Below are positions 55,491 to 64,000 of a DNA stretch of 64,000 nucleotides, piece after piece. Both the position numbers and the translations under genes were made by a program. The stretch is taken from positions 32,001 to 96,000 of the IMG/VR virus record IMGVR_UViG_3300035698_007508. One strand, 5' to 3'. This DNA comes from a virus. Each line of letters starts with the position of its first letter. The first letter of the stretch is position 1. Under the pieces are notes generated by a model. The model worked only from the letters and a program-made list of their open reading frames with translations, was not told where the DNA came from and did no database searches.

Positions 55491-55519
55491 TGGACACCCG
55501 GATCAGATCCTGGTACTAT
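55491..55519 (+). promoter_or_regulatory. Candidate promoter TGGACA-N17-TACTAT with extended -10 (TGn)
   Basis: Lies directly before GGAGG and ATG 55530; the resulting leader would be very short. Confidence 0.35.
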
Positions 55520-55529
55520 TGGAGGCATC

Positions 55530-55955
55530 ATGAATTGTAGTTTCATCAACCCAGCACCGATCGGCGTCAATCCGCCGCTCGATTCCGCCCGCAGACCCAT
55601 CTATCGGGTCACCGCGGGTGACGAAATCAGGCTCGAAACCAAGGTCCAGCTGCACAACGGTGTGGATGCGACGCCTGAGAACTCGCTCGCCAACTTCGAA
55701 CTGCACGATCAGCGCTTCGAGACCGCCGTAACATGGACGGGACAGTGGCGTAACGGTATCGAACTGCGCGATGACGGTATCACAGAGATCCTGTTACCCC
55801 AGGCGGTTGCTGATATATTGCGGCGCGGGGCGTTCGTATTCAGTATGACCATCAGCGACGTGCATGGTAATCACCGACGCACGATCATGTCCGGCTCATT
55901 ACTGGTCGAGTACCAACCGACGTCACCGCATCACAGTATTCCGTACAAAGACTAG
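55530..55955 (+). CDS. Small beta-sandwich protein (BppU N-terminal-like, putative)
   Basis: GGAGG SD, ATG 55530; GDEIRLETKV...GITEILLPQAVADILRRGAFVFSMTISD...GSLLV pattern. Confidence 0.5.
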   Translation: MNCSFINPAPIGVNPPLDSARRPIYRVTAGDEIRLETKVQLHNGVDATPENSLANFELHDQRFETAVTWTGQWRNGIELRDDGITEILLPQAVADILRRGAFVFSMTISDVHGNHRRTIMSGSLLVEYQPTSPHHSIPYKD

Positions 55956-56686
55956 CGCCGGCGCGCTGACTTGATCTGCGGTATCGGCTTGCGCGTTATC
56001 CCATGCTTGCGTTCGGCCATACGCTGGAACGTCGCGGACCGGCCACGCAGGCGCTTATACGTATCCGAACAGGTGCCGCGGTCGTGTTTTATCGCCACGG
56101 TGTCACAGATGCCCACTTTGAGCACCCCACGCGCACGTATGAAGAAGTCCAGGTGCTCTGATAGCTTCAATTCCGGATCCCACGGTACCAGGCGCAGTCG
56201 TTCGGTTCGCGCCATGAAGAAATTGGGGATCACCTCCACCACATCCATACCACAGCGTTGCTCCAGTATGGCCTTACGTAGTAGCATGTGCCGGCCACGA
56301 CTCGGGTCTAACGTGCCGTGGAAACCAAACATCTGCCTCGGCACGTTCTCTACCTGCCCACCCACTATGTCGATGTCCGGATACGTGTCCAGCAGGCCGT
56401 GCAGCGTCTCCAGCTTGGTTTGGACCGTGAAAACAAAGTCGTCGTCGAGCATGACAAGCCTAGGCGTGGTAACGAGCCGCACCAGCTCGTTACGCCCAGC
56501 GGACAGCCCACTGTCATACGGCAATGTGACGGTACGGATGCCTGGCCCGGACACGCGTATAGGCGTATGACTGTCGTCGACGATCAGAATTGGTATATCC
56601 GGGTAGTAGTACCGGATACTCTGTACCAGTCTGTCCAGGTGGTGTGGGCGTTCGAAGGCTTTGATGCAGCATGTGACATCGCTCAT
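55952..56686 (-). CDS. GT-A glycosyltransferase resembling B4GALNT1/2 (beta-1,4-GalNAc transferase) catalytic domains
   Basis: VTCCIKAFER; IVDDS; AGRN..VTTP; LDDDF; PNFFMART; WDPELK..EHLDFF. Confidence 0.85.
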   Translation of the reverse strand: MSDVTCCIKAFERPHHLDRLVQSIRYYYPDIPILIVDDSHTPIRVSGPGIRTVTLPYDSGLSAGRNELVRLVTTPRLVMLDDDFVFTVQTKLETLHGLLDTYPDIDIVGGQVENVPRQMFGFHGTLDPSRGRHMLLRKAILEQRCGMDVVEVIPNFFMARTERLRLVPWDPELKLSEHLDFFIRARGVLKVGICDTVAIKHDRGTCSDTYKRLRGRSATFQRMAERKHGITRKPIPQIKSARRR

Positions 56687-58389
56687 TTACGATACCGCGT
56701 GTGTACTTGGGGTCCTCCGCCTGTCGTACGTCTTTGCTTGATCCTGGATTCGCGGGGCGGTATATGCACGTGATTCCGGCCGCTATGCGTTTGCGATGCA
56801 CTCACTACACGCCGTGCGCGTGTAGTGTCCACACCACTCTCCGGCACGGGCGGCATACCGCACTGAGCCCGGGCCTTGTTTGCACGTTGGCGTATGCACG
56901 CATATTGTGTAACGCCCGCCGGCTTCGTGATGGTTGTCAATCCATGCTTGCGCATCATCAGCTCGGTCCCGATCAGGCCTTTACCGCCACGCAGCTTGCG
57001 ATACGCCTGGTCGGCAGTCTTAATCGCTTTGTCGTGCCCGATCACACATTTGGCCGTGTATCCTACCCGCAGTTTACCGCGTGCGCGTAGGAAAAAGTCT
57101 AGGTGTTCGGCCATTTTGAGGTCCGCGTCCCAACGGTTACGCCGTACCGCATCCGTCTTGGCTATAAAGAAGTTGAGCACGAGATCATACACCTGATAGG
57201 TGCCGTGATCCTCCCGTGGATCTGGCGTGACAGTCAACTGCGACCCGGTGACGTCAATCAGCCCTTCATAGCTGCGCAGACGCCGCGTACCGGTCGTGTC
57301 CTGAACTGCGCCACCAAGTAAGTCCAGATCTGAACCCACCAATGTGTCGTACATGTGCTGTAGATTGGTATCGGGTGTGATGATGAAGTCGTCGTCGAGC
57401 AGTAGGAAGTACGGTGTGGTTACCTTGTCCAACATGAAGTTACGCCCGGCGGCCAGTCCCGTATCGTATGGCAATGCGTGCCAATCTACGTCCGGTTGCG
57501 GGCGGGGGTGCTGGCTGTCGTCGCTCACGATGATCGCCATATCTGGGTGCGCGGCTTTTAATGACTGAATCAACCGAGCGGCCACGTGCGGCGCTTCGAA
57601 CGTCTTAATAATAGCCGTGACATTCTTTTCCCAGTGGGTATCCATGCTGGATATGATCGCGGCCGGTGGCGCGCTGGTGACCGCTCCAGTATGCTCCTGC
57701 ACTGTGGCACGTTCGGCTTTGGTCAACACGCCGGGCGGCTTACGCTCGAATGCGCTGCCGGTCTTGAGTTTGAACGTCTGGCGATGCGCGTCCACGATGG
57801 GCAGGTCCAGCCAGCGTAGTAAGGCTTGCGCTGCATCCCAGTCGAATGTACCGTAGTCAACGCTATACGTGGTGTCCGGGTATTGACTGGCGTGCGCGGC
57901 GAATGCCGTGCGTGCCGCTACCCACTCATGGCACCATTGAGCAGTCACAGTAGGATCGAGTGTACCGCGGTAGAACTTGTATTTGACGCTGGTCAGTGTC
58001 TCGTACGGATCGCGCAGGATCGTGACGATGCGGCCTTCCGGGTACATGGTGTGCAGGTAGTCCAGCATTTCCGAAGAGTTGTAACGCACTTCCTTGCAAC
58101 CCCAGTTGGTGGCCTGCTTGAACATGCTGGTGAGGTAATCACGGTGCGTCTGGAGCAGGCTCTGCTTGGTCCAGCGGTTACACCACGGGTCCCACTTGGT
58201 CACATCACCCGGCTTGTCGATACGTCCGCCCATGGCGAGCAGGTCAGCATAGGCACGCCGTGTGTTGTGCATGAAGCCGTGATGTTCGCCCGTAAGATAT
58301 GTATCCGGGCAGGTATTGATCAGGCGCTGTACCAGTGTCGTACCGGAGCGCGCAGGGCCTAACACCCATATTGGTCGTTCTACTTGCAT
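56683..58389 (-). CDS. Sulfotransferase fused to a B4GALNT-like glycosyltransferase
   Basis: 5'-PSB loop GPARSGTT, WGCKE and 3'-PB ILRDPYETLTS; then VTAIIKTF, SDDS, AGRN, LDDDF, NFFIAKT, EHLDFF. Start at ATG 58389 after a GAGGA SD. Confidence 0.85.
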   Translation of the reverse strand: MQVERPIWVLGPARSGTTLVQRLINTCPDTYLTGEHHGFMHNTRRAYADLLAMGGRIDKPGDVTKWDPWCNRWTKQSLLQTHRDYLTSMFKQATNWGCKEVRYNSSEMLDYLHTMYPEGRIVTILRDPYETLTSVKYKFYRGTLDPTVTAQWCHEWVAARTAFAAHASQYPDTTYSVDYGTFDWDAAQALLRWLDLPIVDAHRQTFKLKTGSAFERKPPGVLTKAERATVQEHTGAVTSAPPAAIISSMDTHWEKNVTAIIKTFEAPHVAARLIQSLKAAHPDMAIIVSDDSQHPRPQPDVDWHALPYDTGLAAGRNFMLDKVTTPYFLLLDDDFIITPDTNLQHMYDTLVGSDLDLLGGAVQDTTGTRRLRSYEGLIDVTGSQLTVTPDPREDHGTYQVYDLVLNFFIAKTDAVRRNRWDADLKMAEHLDFFLRARGKLRVGYTAKCVIGHDKAIKTADQAYRKLRGGKGLIGTELMMRKHGLTTITKPAGVTQYACIRQRANKARAQCGMPPVPESGVDTTRARRVVSASQTHSGRNHVHIPPRESRIKQRRTTGGGPQVHTRYRK

Positions 58390-59483
58390 GCTATCATCCT
58401 CACTACTTGCGGATTTTCGGTCGCGGTACACGCCCAATCAGCGCTTACCTGATTTGAGAGTACCGTGAACCCAGCTGCCTGTACGCGCTTGGCGAACTGC
58501 GGGGTGCGCAGGAACCGGCGATAGTGATCTGTGTGACGCGCATCATCCGGCAATTTAAGTCCATGCGCGTACAGCGGGTCCCGCACCGTACGCGCCTCGA
58601 CCAGCAGTTTTCCGCCGGGCTTGAGCAGCTTGTGGAAGCATGCCAATGCGCGGACCTCGTTACCGAGCGTCACGCTGTGAAGCGTGAATCTGGCATAGAC
58701 GGTGTCGTACGTGCCGTGCTCTTCGGGATAGTGCAGGTGCGTGAAATCATCCCAGCGCCAGATACCATCGGGCAGGTGCTCGCACAGTTTTTGAACGCCT
58801 TGCCTGGACTGCTCGATACCAACCACAGTCATACCCTTGGCCAGGAAGTAGCGAGCGTCACGTCCGTTACCCGGGCCGCACTCCAGCAACTTACCTGTAG
58901 CGTGACCAGCCTCGTAGCACCACTGCGCGAACGCCGATGGCTGCATCGGGGCAGTGTCGGTACCGTAATACGTATCCCAATAGTCGGGTGCGGGTGCCTG
59001 GTCGATACACTTAGGGCTGCTACTGTAGTTCCACTCCCGTACTGGTATGTACCATTTACTGCCGTACTGCGTTTGCAGCATGTGCAGCGGGTTACGTGGG
59101 ATCAGGAACTCACGCCCCAAGAACGTAGTTGGTATCAGATCGAACGTGTCCCACACGTACTGTAATTTCCGGCCCCTGCGGTACAATGGGAGCGTTACGT
59201 GGCCACCCGCCCGCTGGTGGAAGAACAGGTCCAGCTTTACACCAGCCATACGCATGGCCAGTACAGCTGGATTGGTATGCACGTGCTTCGTGTCTTGGTA
59301 AAAGCCGTGCGCGGTCAGGATGTCGACGAACGGGCGCTGTGCATCGCGGCGCCATAGCCCGATGTCCAGGTCGAGGTCATGGTACAACAAGTCGTTGTTA
59401 CGGTAGTAACCGAGTAGTACGCCGCACGACAACCAGAACGGGATAGCAGCCGCTGTCAGAGCGTCGTGCGCACGCAGCAACAT
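58380..59483 (-). CDS. LicD/fukutin-like nucleotidyltransferase fused to a class I SAM methyltransferase
   Basis: FWLSCGVLLGYYR..HDLDLDIG, KLDLFF, QYG..W; then LLECGPGNGRDA, YARFTLH, LKPGGKL. Start codon uncertain (ORF open to 59768). Confidence 0.8.
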   Translation of the reverse strand: MLLRAHDALTAAAIPFWLSCGVLLGYYRNNDLLYHDLDLDIGLWRRDAQRPFVDILTAHGFYQDTKHVHTNPAVLAMRMAGVKLDLFFHQRAGGHVTLPLYRRGRKLQYVWDTFDLIPTTFLGREFLIPRNPLHMLQTQYGSKWYIPVREWNYSSSPKCIDQAPAPDYWDTYYGTDTAPMQPSAFAQWCYEAGHATGKLLECGPGNGRDARYFLAKGMTVVGIEQSRQGVQKLCEHLPDGIWRWDDFTHLHYPEEHGTYDTVYARFTLHSVTLGNEVRALACFHKLLKPGGKLLVEARTVRDPLYAHGLKLPDDARHTDHYRRFLRTPQFAKRVQAAGFTVLSNQVSADWACTATENPQVVRMIACK

Positions 59484-59505
59484 GGTGTGCTTAACGTTAT
59501 ACCGG

Positions 59506-60093
59506 CTAAGTTCCTTGTGCGTTGGTCGGTCGGTGCCATTGGTGGAAGAGTCCCCTGACCCGGTCGCGATGTATCGTGGTGTGTGTGGATGCTCGTGCGT
59601 AGAAGTTGGCATCTTCAGACCCCCATTGTTGGTATTCGTCCCATGTGTTCGCTTGTTCGTACACCCGGCGTGTAACCGCCGCGATGCCTTTTCCATTATC
59701 TCGCCACCTACCAGCTGAGTGGTCAGGTTTCGTGTAAGACCAGCAGATCGGGAAGTATGCGGCGCCATTGCGCGTTGTATCCACGGCCTGCGTGATCACA
59801 TCAGAACAAAATAGCATATCAGTGTCAATGAAGAAGAGGCACGGGTAGCGCGCCAGGCACGCCGCACTGTTCAGCCCTCGCCCGCGGGAGAAGGGCTCGT
59901 TGCTCGGTAACTGCAACAGTGTGTAGTCAATGCGGGATCCGTGCAACAAACCAGGTAGCCAGCCAAGCCGATCGTCCGTACCCCAGTCGGCTACGATCAG
60001 TTCTGCCGGTACGTACGTGCTGGCCGCAAGCGACCGTACGCAGTTCGCGAATAGCGAAGACCGGTTCTTCGATGTTACGCAGAATGAAATCAC
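59506..60093 (-). CDS. Glycosyltransferase (GT2/GT7-C-like)
   Basis: ISFCVTSKNR; VADWG; SRGRGLN; FIDTD; WGSED; FHQWH. GTGA-coupled to the upstream gene. Confidence 0.85.
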   Translation of the reverse strand: MISFCVTSKNRSSLFANCVRSLAASTYVPAELIVADWGTDDRLGWLPGLLHGSRIDYTLLQLPSNEPFSRGRGLNSAACLARYPCLFFIDTDMLFCSDVITQAVDTTRNGAAYFPICWSYTKPDHSAGRWRDNGKGIAAVTRRVYEQANTWDEYQQWGSEDANFYARASTHTTIHRDRVRGLFHQWHRPTNAQGT

Positions 60094-62843
60094 GAGATCA
60101 ACCTCAGACGTTTCTCAGGCTCGTCGCGCTCTGTTCTGAGCACGCGTAACTGGCCCAAGCCTAGTACCCGAGATTCCCAGATGTCCGGACGCAGGCACCA
60201 CATATGCGGTTGTCCTTCCGCGGTGGTGAGTCGGTTGTACTGGTCTACGGTGAAGCCCCGCTCACGTAGTTCGGTAACCACCGCGTTGCGTGTGATAGTG
60301 ATTCCGTGTCTGGCCTTGAGGTACGTGTTGATCGTCGGTAACAGCCGCGTTTCAACCAGGACGACGTGCTCTGTGACGTACACTGCCGCGGTACGATCCG
60401 CGACGCGGTCAGGCAGCCCGTCTATGATCGTGTATTGCTTCTTGGTCCTGAGCACGTGTTGTAACCCCATGAAGAAGTAGTCAATGATGTTGGCGTTGTA
60501 CTCCAGGTAGTGCGGTAGTACCAACTTGTCAACGGCGTCCGTGACATCCGCTCCCATCAGGTCCGCCACGTAATGGTAGGCGGTGACGGCGGGTACCGGT
60601 GCGTCCATCAACAGATCGTAAGGGATGTCCCAACCGCGCATCAGTACGAAGCGTAGGAAGTCCGACATGGTACGTCGCATTGCTGCAATACTGGCGTGGC
60701 TGACCGCCGACAATCTTAACTCAGGTGTGTTCGTGAGCGCGATGAACGCTGTACGCGGCATGTCGCTGATGGGTGCGGCCTGTAGATTGGTGCATGTACC
60801 GATCAATGAAGTGCGAGCACCGCGTATCATTTGCTGCATGGAGCGAGGCGAGGCTGAGCAGATGTTGATAGGCAGTGGGAGTGCACCCAATCCCGAGTAG
60901 TTCCGTAAGGTATTCTGATCTACGAACGCAAACGCGTCAGGCGATCCTGATATCAACTCCGTGAACTGACTGTGGACCGGCTCCCAGATGTACTCCGCGG
61001 GGTCGGCCAGGAACAGGTGTCGCACGGGAGGTACCTGGTCGCGGCGCCTGCAACTCAGGTCCTGTAGTATACACGCCAGCATGTGCGAGATACAGGCGCT
61101 AAGCGCATTGGCGTGTACCGTTTTGGCCTGCCAGAGATTCTTGAACGTCACGATAGCATCCGACCGCTGCTGATACGCGTGAATGCCGGCGTATACCGGT
61201 GTGCACGTAGGCGGTACCAAGATCTTGGTTTGCTGCAGAATCTGTGTACCCTGGCGGGTAATCACCAGATTCGGGAGTTCCAGCTCCAGATCTGGGGATA
61301 TGCCGAACTGGCGCAGCTCGTCATTGACCGCCGGGCGGTCGTTGAATGCAGCACGGATCTCACGCCACTTGAAACCGGCTGTCTCGTAGATGCCGACGTG
61401 TGCATCGACACCTTCCGCGGCATACGCGCTGGCTACGGCCCGTTCGAGTGTTTTGGCGCTGGCGAAGTCACGGTCGATCATGGTAGCACGTACCGGATCG
61501 CAACCCTTGGCGCGCACAGCCATGCGGTAGTGCAGGACCCCGCGCCGGTTACGGACAATCTCTAACGTATCGAATCTGACGTTGCCTAGTCTGATATTCG
61601 CGTCGCAACCCCGTGTTTTGGCACCTTTGAACCCTGTATCCGTACGGTAGACTATGTACCCGTTGGCCAACGTCGCGCAGTCACCGCGGTAGGCGCGGGG
61701 TGTTACCACCAGATCCACCAGTTCGTCCGGGACGTGTCTACGGCGCAGGGCACTGGCTAGTGACGCATTACAGTGCGTCAACGGCGGAACCGTACTCAGC
61801 AGTCGTATGACACTGGTCAGCCCGTCGTGTGCGTACAGGTCATGTAATTCACGTGCTACCCAGGATTCGAGCGTCAGGGCCGCCTCACACAACCGGCGTA
61901 GCCCGGGTACGGTCGGTACCTCGCCTTGCGTGTCGATGACCCGGATCTCCGGACGGTACGCGGTACCGGTCACGACCTGGTCAGCTGTGAGGTACATGAA
62001 CGCCTTGGCGAGGGTTAGCGGTCCCCGTGGGTGCGTGATCAGGTACAGTTTTCGGAGCCCGCGGTATTCGAAGGGTAGTGGCAGATCGTCGACGGACGTG
62101 ACGGGTACGGGCGCCCCAGTGTAGTGGCGGTGGAGTGAGAATACGCCTGTCGCAAGTCGTTCGGACTGTGTGACATACAGTACAGGCTCCTCGCAGCTAC
62201 GCCGATCGACCATGTACATACCGCCTGGCGCCAGCCGGATGTATTCACGGCGCTCAGGATGCAGTAGTGGCTCGACGGCCACTCCCGTCACCTCACCCGC
62301 GTATGTATAGGCATAGAGAAGGTGCGGTTCGTGCCGGTACGCGGCGCGCTCCAGGCTACGTAGTTCCTGCGGTAGCCCATCCTGCAATAGGACGCCCAGA
62401 TCGGACGGTACGGCGCTTTGCAGTAATTTGTCCGTGTGCTGTAGGTGCGTTCGGCACATATAGCCGTCAGTCGAGGTGCCTTGCAGCGCCTGATGCGCAC
62501 GCAGAATGTAGGCCTTGATAAGCGCTTGACTCTGGCGGCGGGTAATGTATTCTTGCTGGTGACACTCGGGACAGTCGTCTGCGAAGGTCGTGCTGAATTC
62601 ACGTCCGGGGCTGAAGAGCTCTAGCGCCTGACTGAATTCCAGTTGACGGACTTGTGCCACCAACTGAACGGCATCGCCTTCGAACGCACAAACTGTACAG
62701 TAGAAGCGGTGAACGCCGGCAGGGTCAAGGACGTGAAGTGATGGTGAGACATTATGGCATAACGGGCACGGCTGGGGGTCGTCAACGCCTCCAGTTATAT
62801 CACAACCCAGTGCCTCCAAGAATGTGTCAAAACATACTCGCAT
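60090..62843 (-). CDS. Primase-like protein: N-terminal DnaG-type Zn-binding domain, remainder divergent
   Basis: CPLCH..SPSL....FYCTVCAFEGDAVQLV...FSQAL. No intact TOPRIM acidic motifs or Walker A motif were recognised downstream. Confidence 0.5.
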   Translation of the reverse strand: MRVCFDTFLEALGCDITGGVDDPQPCPLCHNVSPSLHVLDPAGVHRFYCTVCAFEGDAVQLVAQVRQLEFSQALELFSPGREFSTTFADDCPECHQQEYITRRQSQALIKAYILRAHQALQGTSTDGYMCRTHLQHTDKLLQSAVPSDLGVLLQDGLPQELRSLERAAYRHEPHLLYAYTYAGEVTGVAVEPLLHPERREYIRLAPGGMYMVDRRSCEEPVLYVTQSERLATGVFSLHRHYTGAPVPVTSVDDLPLPFEYRGLRKLYLITHPRGPLTLAKAFMYLTADQVVTGTAYRPEIRVIDTQGEVPTVPGLRRLCEAALTLESWVARELHDLYAHDGLTSVIRLLSTVPPLTHCNASLASALRRRHVPDELVDLVVTPRAYRGDCATLANGYIVYRTDTGFKGAKTRGCDANIRLGNVRFDTLEIVRNRRGVLHYRMAVRAKGCDPVRATMIDRDFASAKTLERAVASAYAAEGVDAHVGIYETAGFKWREIRAAFNDRPAVNDELRQFGISPDLELELPNLVITRQGTQILQQTKILVPPTCTPVYAGIHAYQQRSDAIVTFKNLWQAKTVHANALSACISHMLACILQDLSCRRRDQVPPVRHLFLADPAEYIWEPVHSQFTELISGSPDAFAFVDQNTLRNYSGLGALPLPINICSASPRSMQQMIRGARTSLIGTCTNLQAAPISDMPRTAFIALTNTPELRLSAVSHASIAAMRRTMSDFLRFVLMRGWDIPYDLLMDAPVPAVTAYHYVADLMGADVTDAVDKLVLPHYLEYNANIIDYFFMGLQHVLRTKKQYTIIDGLPDRVADRTAAVYVTEHVVLVETRLLPTINTYLKARHGITITRNAVVTELRERGFTVDQYNRLTTAEGQPHMWCLRPDIWESRVLGLGQLRVLRTERDEPEKRLRLIS

Positions 62844-62893
62844 TTGCGCCTCTTTCGTCGTATGCTGTTAAATATCAATAAGGAGAACATGTA

Positions 62894-64000
62894 ATGGACG
62901 TCCTTCACGACAACAGCTTTCGTACTTGGACCAAAATCGCGTCCGTAGTCGGGGAAGCCAATATCCCGGATTACGTACGACAATATACACCGCCAGATGA
63001 GCAGACTGCAAGCGCTATGTCGGACTCCGACTTTGCTGACCCGGGCAAGCGGGCCTGGCCGATCGACAGTCAGGCTGCTACGTGGCTATCTGCGGCGTAC
63101 ATGTTAGAGAAGGAAGCAGGACCTCTTGCTGCACTCATTGCACGCAGCTTTAATAGGCGAATCGTCAAACCAGTTGGGGCCAAGTTGAAGCAAACAATAC
63201 GTGACTGGCTCGCTACGCCCGCAGTTGAGCCGCCATCTGATGTACCCGTGCCTGGTACGGCGTCTGCGAAGATTGCAGAAGCCGTGCTAGCGTGGGATAT
63301 CAAAGATGACGTGCTCAAATTGGCCGAGGCGTTCGTGGCGCGTACAGGGCAGACCAAGCAGGCAAGCGCTGTTGAAGCCAACTACGGCTGGATCCTCAAG
63401 GACGCATCCGGAGCTGTCACAGCCCGTCGTTACGGCGTGTTTGATGTACTGGGCCTGGGTAAGGCTGCGACCTATTTTGACGCCAACCGCCGGCATTATC
63501 CGCTCGCTATCAGGACCGGTATCGCCCGATTCCTCATGCAGAAGGCTGCGGAGTACGCGGTCGAGTACGAACAGTTGCCGACCAGCGTGTTGCGCGAAGC
63601 CGGGTACGGTGTGCCCCGTAAGTCCGTGATCATGCGCGAACTTAACGAGCGGGCACAACTTGCCAAAGATGCCGAATGCGGGATCCTACTAGCCAACGTA
63701 AACCGATTGATCGGTACCGGCACGGATGCGGAAGTCGCTGAGAACCTGGACAAGATTGCCGAAACAATTGACGCGTTTGATCAGGCAGAAGACCTTACAC
63801 GTTACTACGGTAAGCGCATCACGCACCCGTCTGACTTCCTATGCAGCGTGACCTTCAAAGAGGCTGAGGCCTTCGTCGAGAACACGGTGACATTGCGGAA
63901 ACTATCGTTCGACGTGCGCAAGCTACATACGACACCTGCGTTCCATAAGGCGGCTCAAACCGCCATGGGCGACGACTTCGATAACGCGTTGCGGGGACTC
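62894..64000 (+). CDS. K-x-A-rich protein with two DUF6582-like motifs (3'-truncated; absent from the ORF track)
   Basis: AAGGAG SD 8 nt before ATG 62894; 369 open codons to the window end. Motifs FADPGKRAWPIDSQAATWLSAAY and RRYGVFD..GKAATYFDAN..YP...IARFLMQKAAEY. Confidence 0.8.
   Translation, partial: MDVLHDNSFRTWTKIASVVGEANIPDYVRQYTPPDEQTASAMSDSDFADPGKRAWPIDSQAATWLSAAYMLEKEAGPLAALIARSFNRRIVKPVGAKLKQTIRDWLATPAVEPPSDVPVPGTASAKIAEAVLAWDIKDDVLKLAEAFVARTGQTKQASAVEANYGWILKDASGAVTARRYGVFDVLGLGKAATYFDANRRHYPLAIRTGIARFLMQKAAEYAVEYEQLPTSVLREAGYGVPRKSVIMRELNERAQLAKDAECGILLANVNRLIGTGTDAEVAENLDKIAETIDAFDQAEDLTRYYGKRITHPSDFLCSVTFKEAEAFVENTVTLRKLSFDVRKLHTTPAFHKAAQTAMGDDFDNALRGL

Noticed and set aside
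55352-55540. 62-aa ORF with CxxxxCxxC
   Set aside because: No SD precedes either possible start; the strong GGAGGT is positioned for the 55387 minigene, and the region is dominated by RNA stems. Not fully excluded.
59484-59768. N-terminal extension of the LicD ORF
   Set aside because: It overlaps the upstream glycosyltransferase gene by over 250 nt and is low-complexity; the true start is more likely near 59483.
62889-62894. ATG-TAA start-stop element overlapping the next ATG
   Set aside because: The first ATG is only 3 nt from the SD, too close for efficient initiation; probably incidental.

Overview
The whole 64 kb window is phage DNA from a large, high-GC contractile-tailed (myovirus-type) genome; no host genes, tRNAs or CRISPR arrays were recognised. 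On the + strand it carries: a phage multi-subunit RNA polymerase (a 5'-truncated gene fusing the beta C-terminus to the beta' N-terminus with the NMDFDGD active site, and a separate beta' C-terminal gene with a LAGLIDADG intein in the bridge helix); head genes (prohead protease, scaffold, decoration protein, major capsid protein); neck; a 1537-aa sheath; tube; spike; a tail chaperone with a clear -1 frameshift signal; tape measure; baseplate genes with a sigma70-family gene embedded among them; a five-gene paralog array and a Cys-paired repeat protein; and a subtilase whose catalytic Ser is the +1 residue of a second intein. A ~480-nt intergenic region holds candidate small RNAs. A - strand operon encodes a primase-like protein followed by glycan-modifying enzymes (three glycosyltransferase domains, LicD-methyltransferase, sulfotransferase). 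The most interesting signals are a K-x-A motif strongly enriched in head-associated proteins (candidate prohead-protease cleavage code), an apparent charge swap at the beta'/sigma interface suggesting an RNAP-sigma pair insulated from the host, the two active-site inteins, and the glycan operon. All family assignments come from motif recognition by eye; no database search was run.
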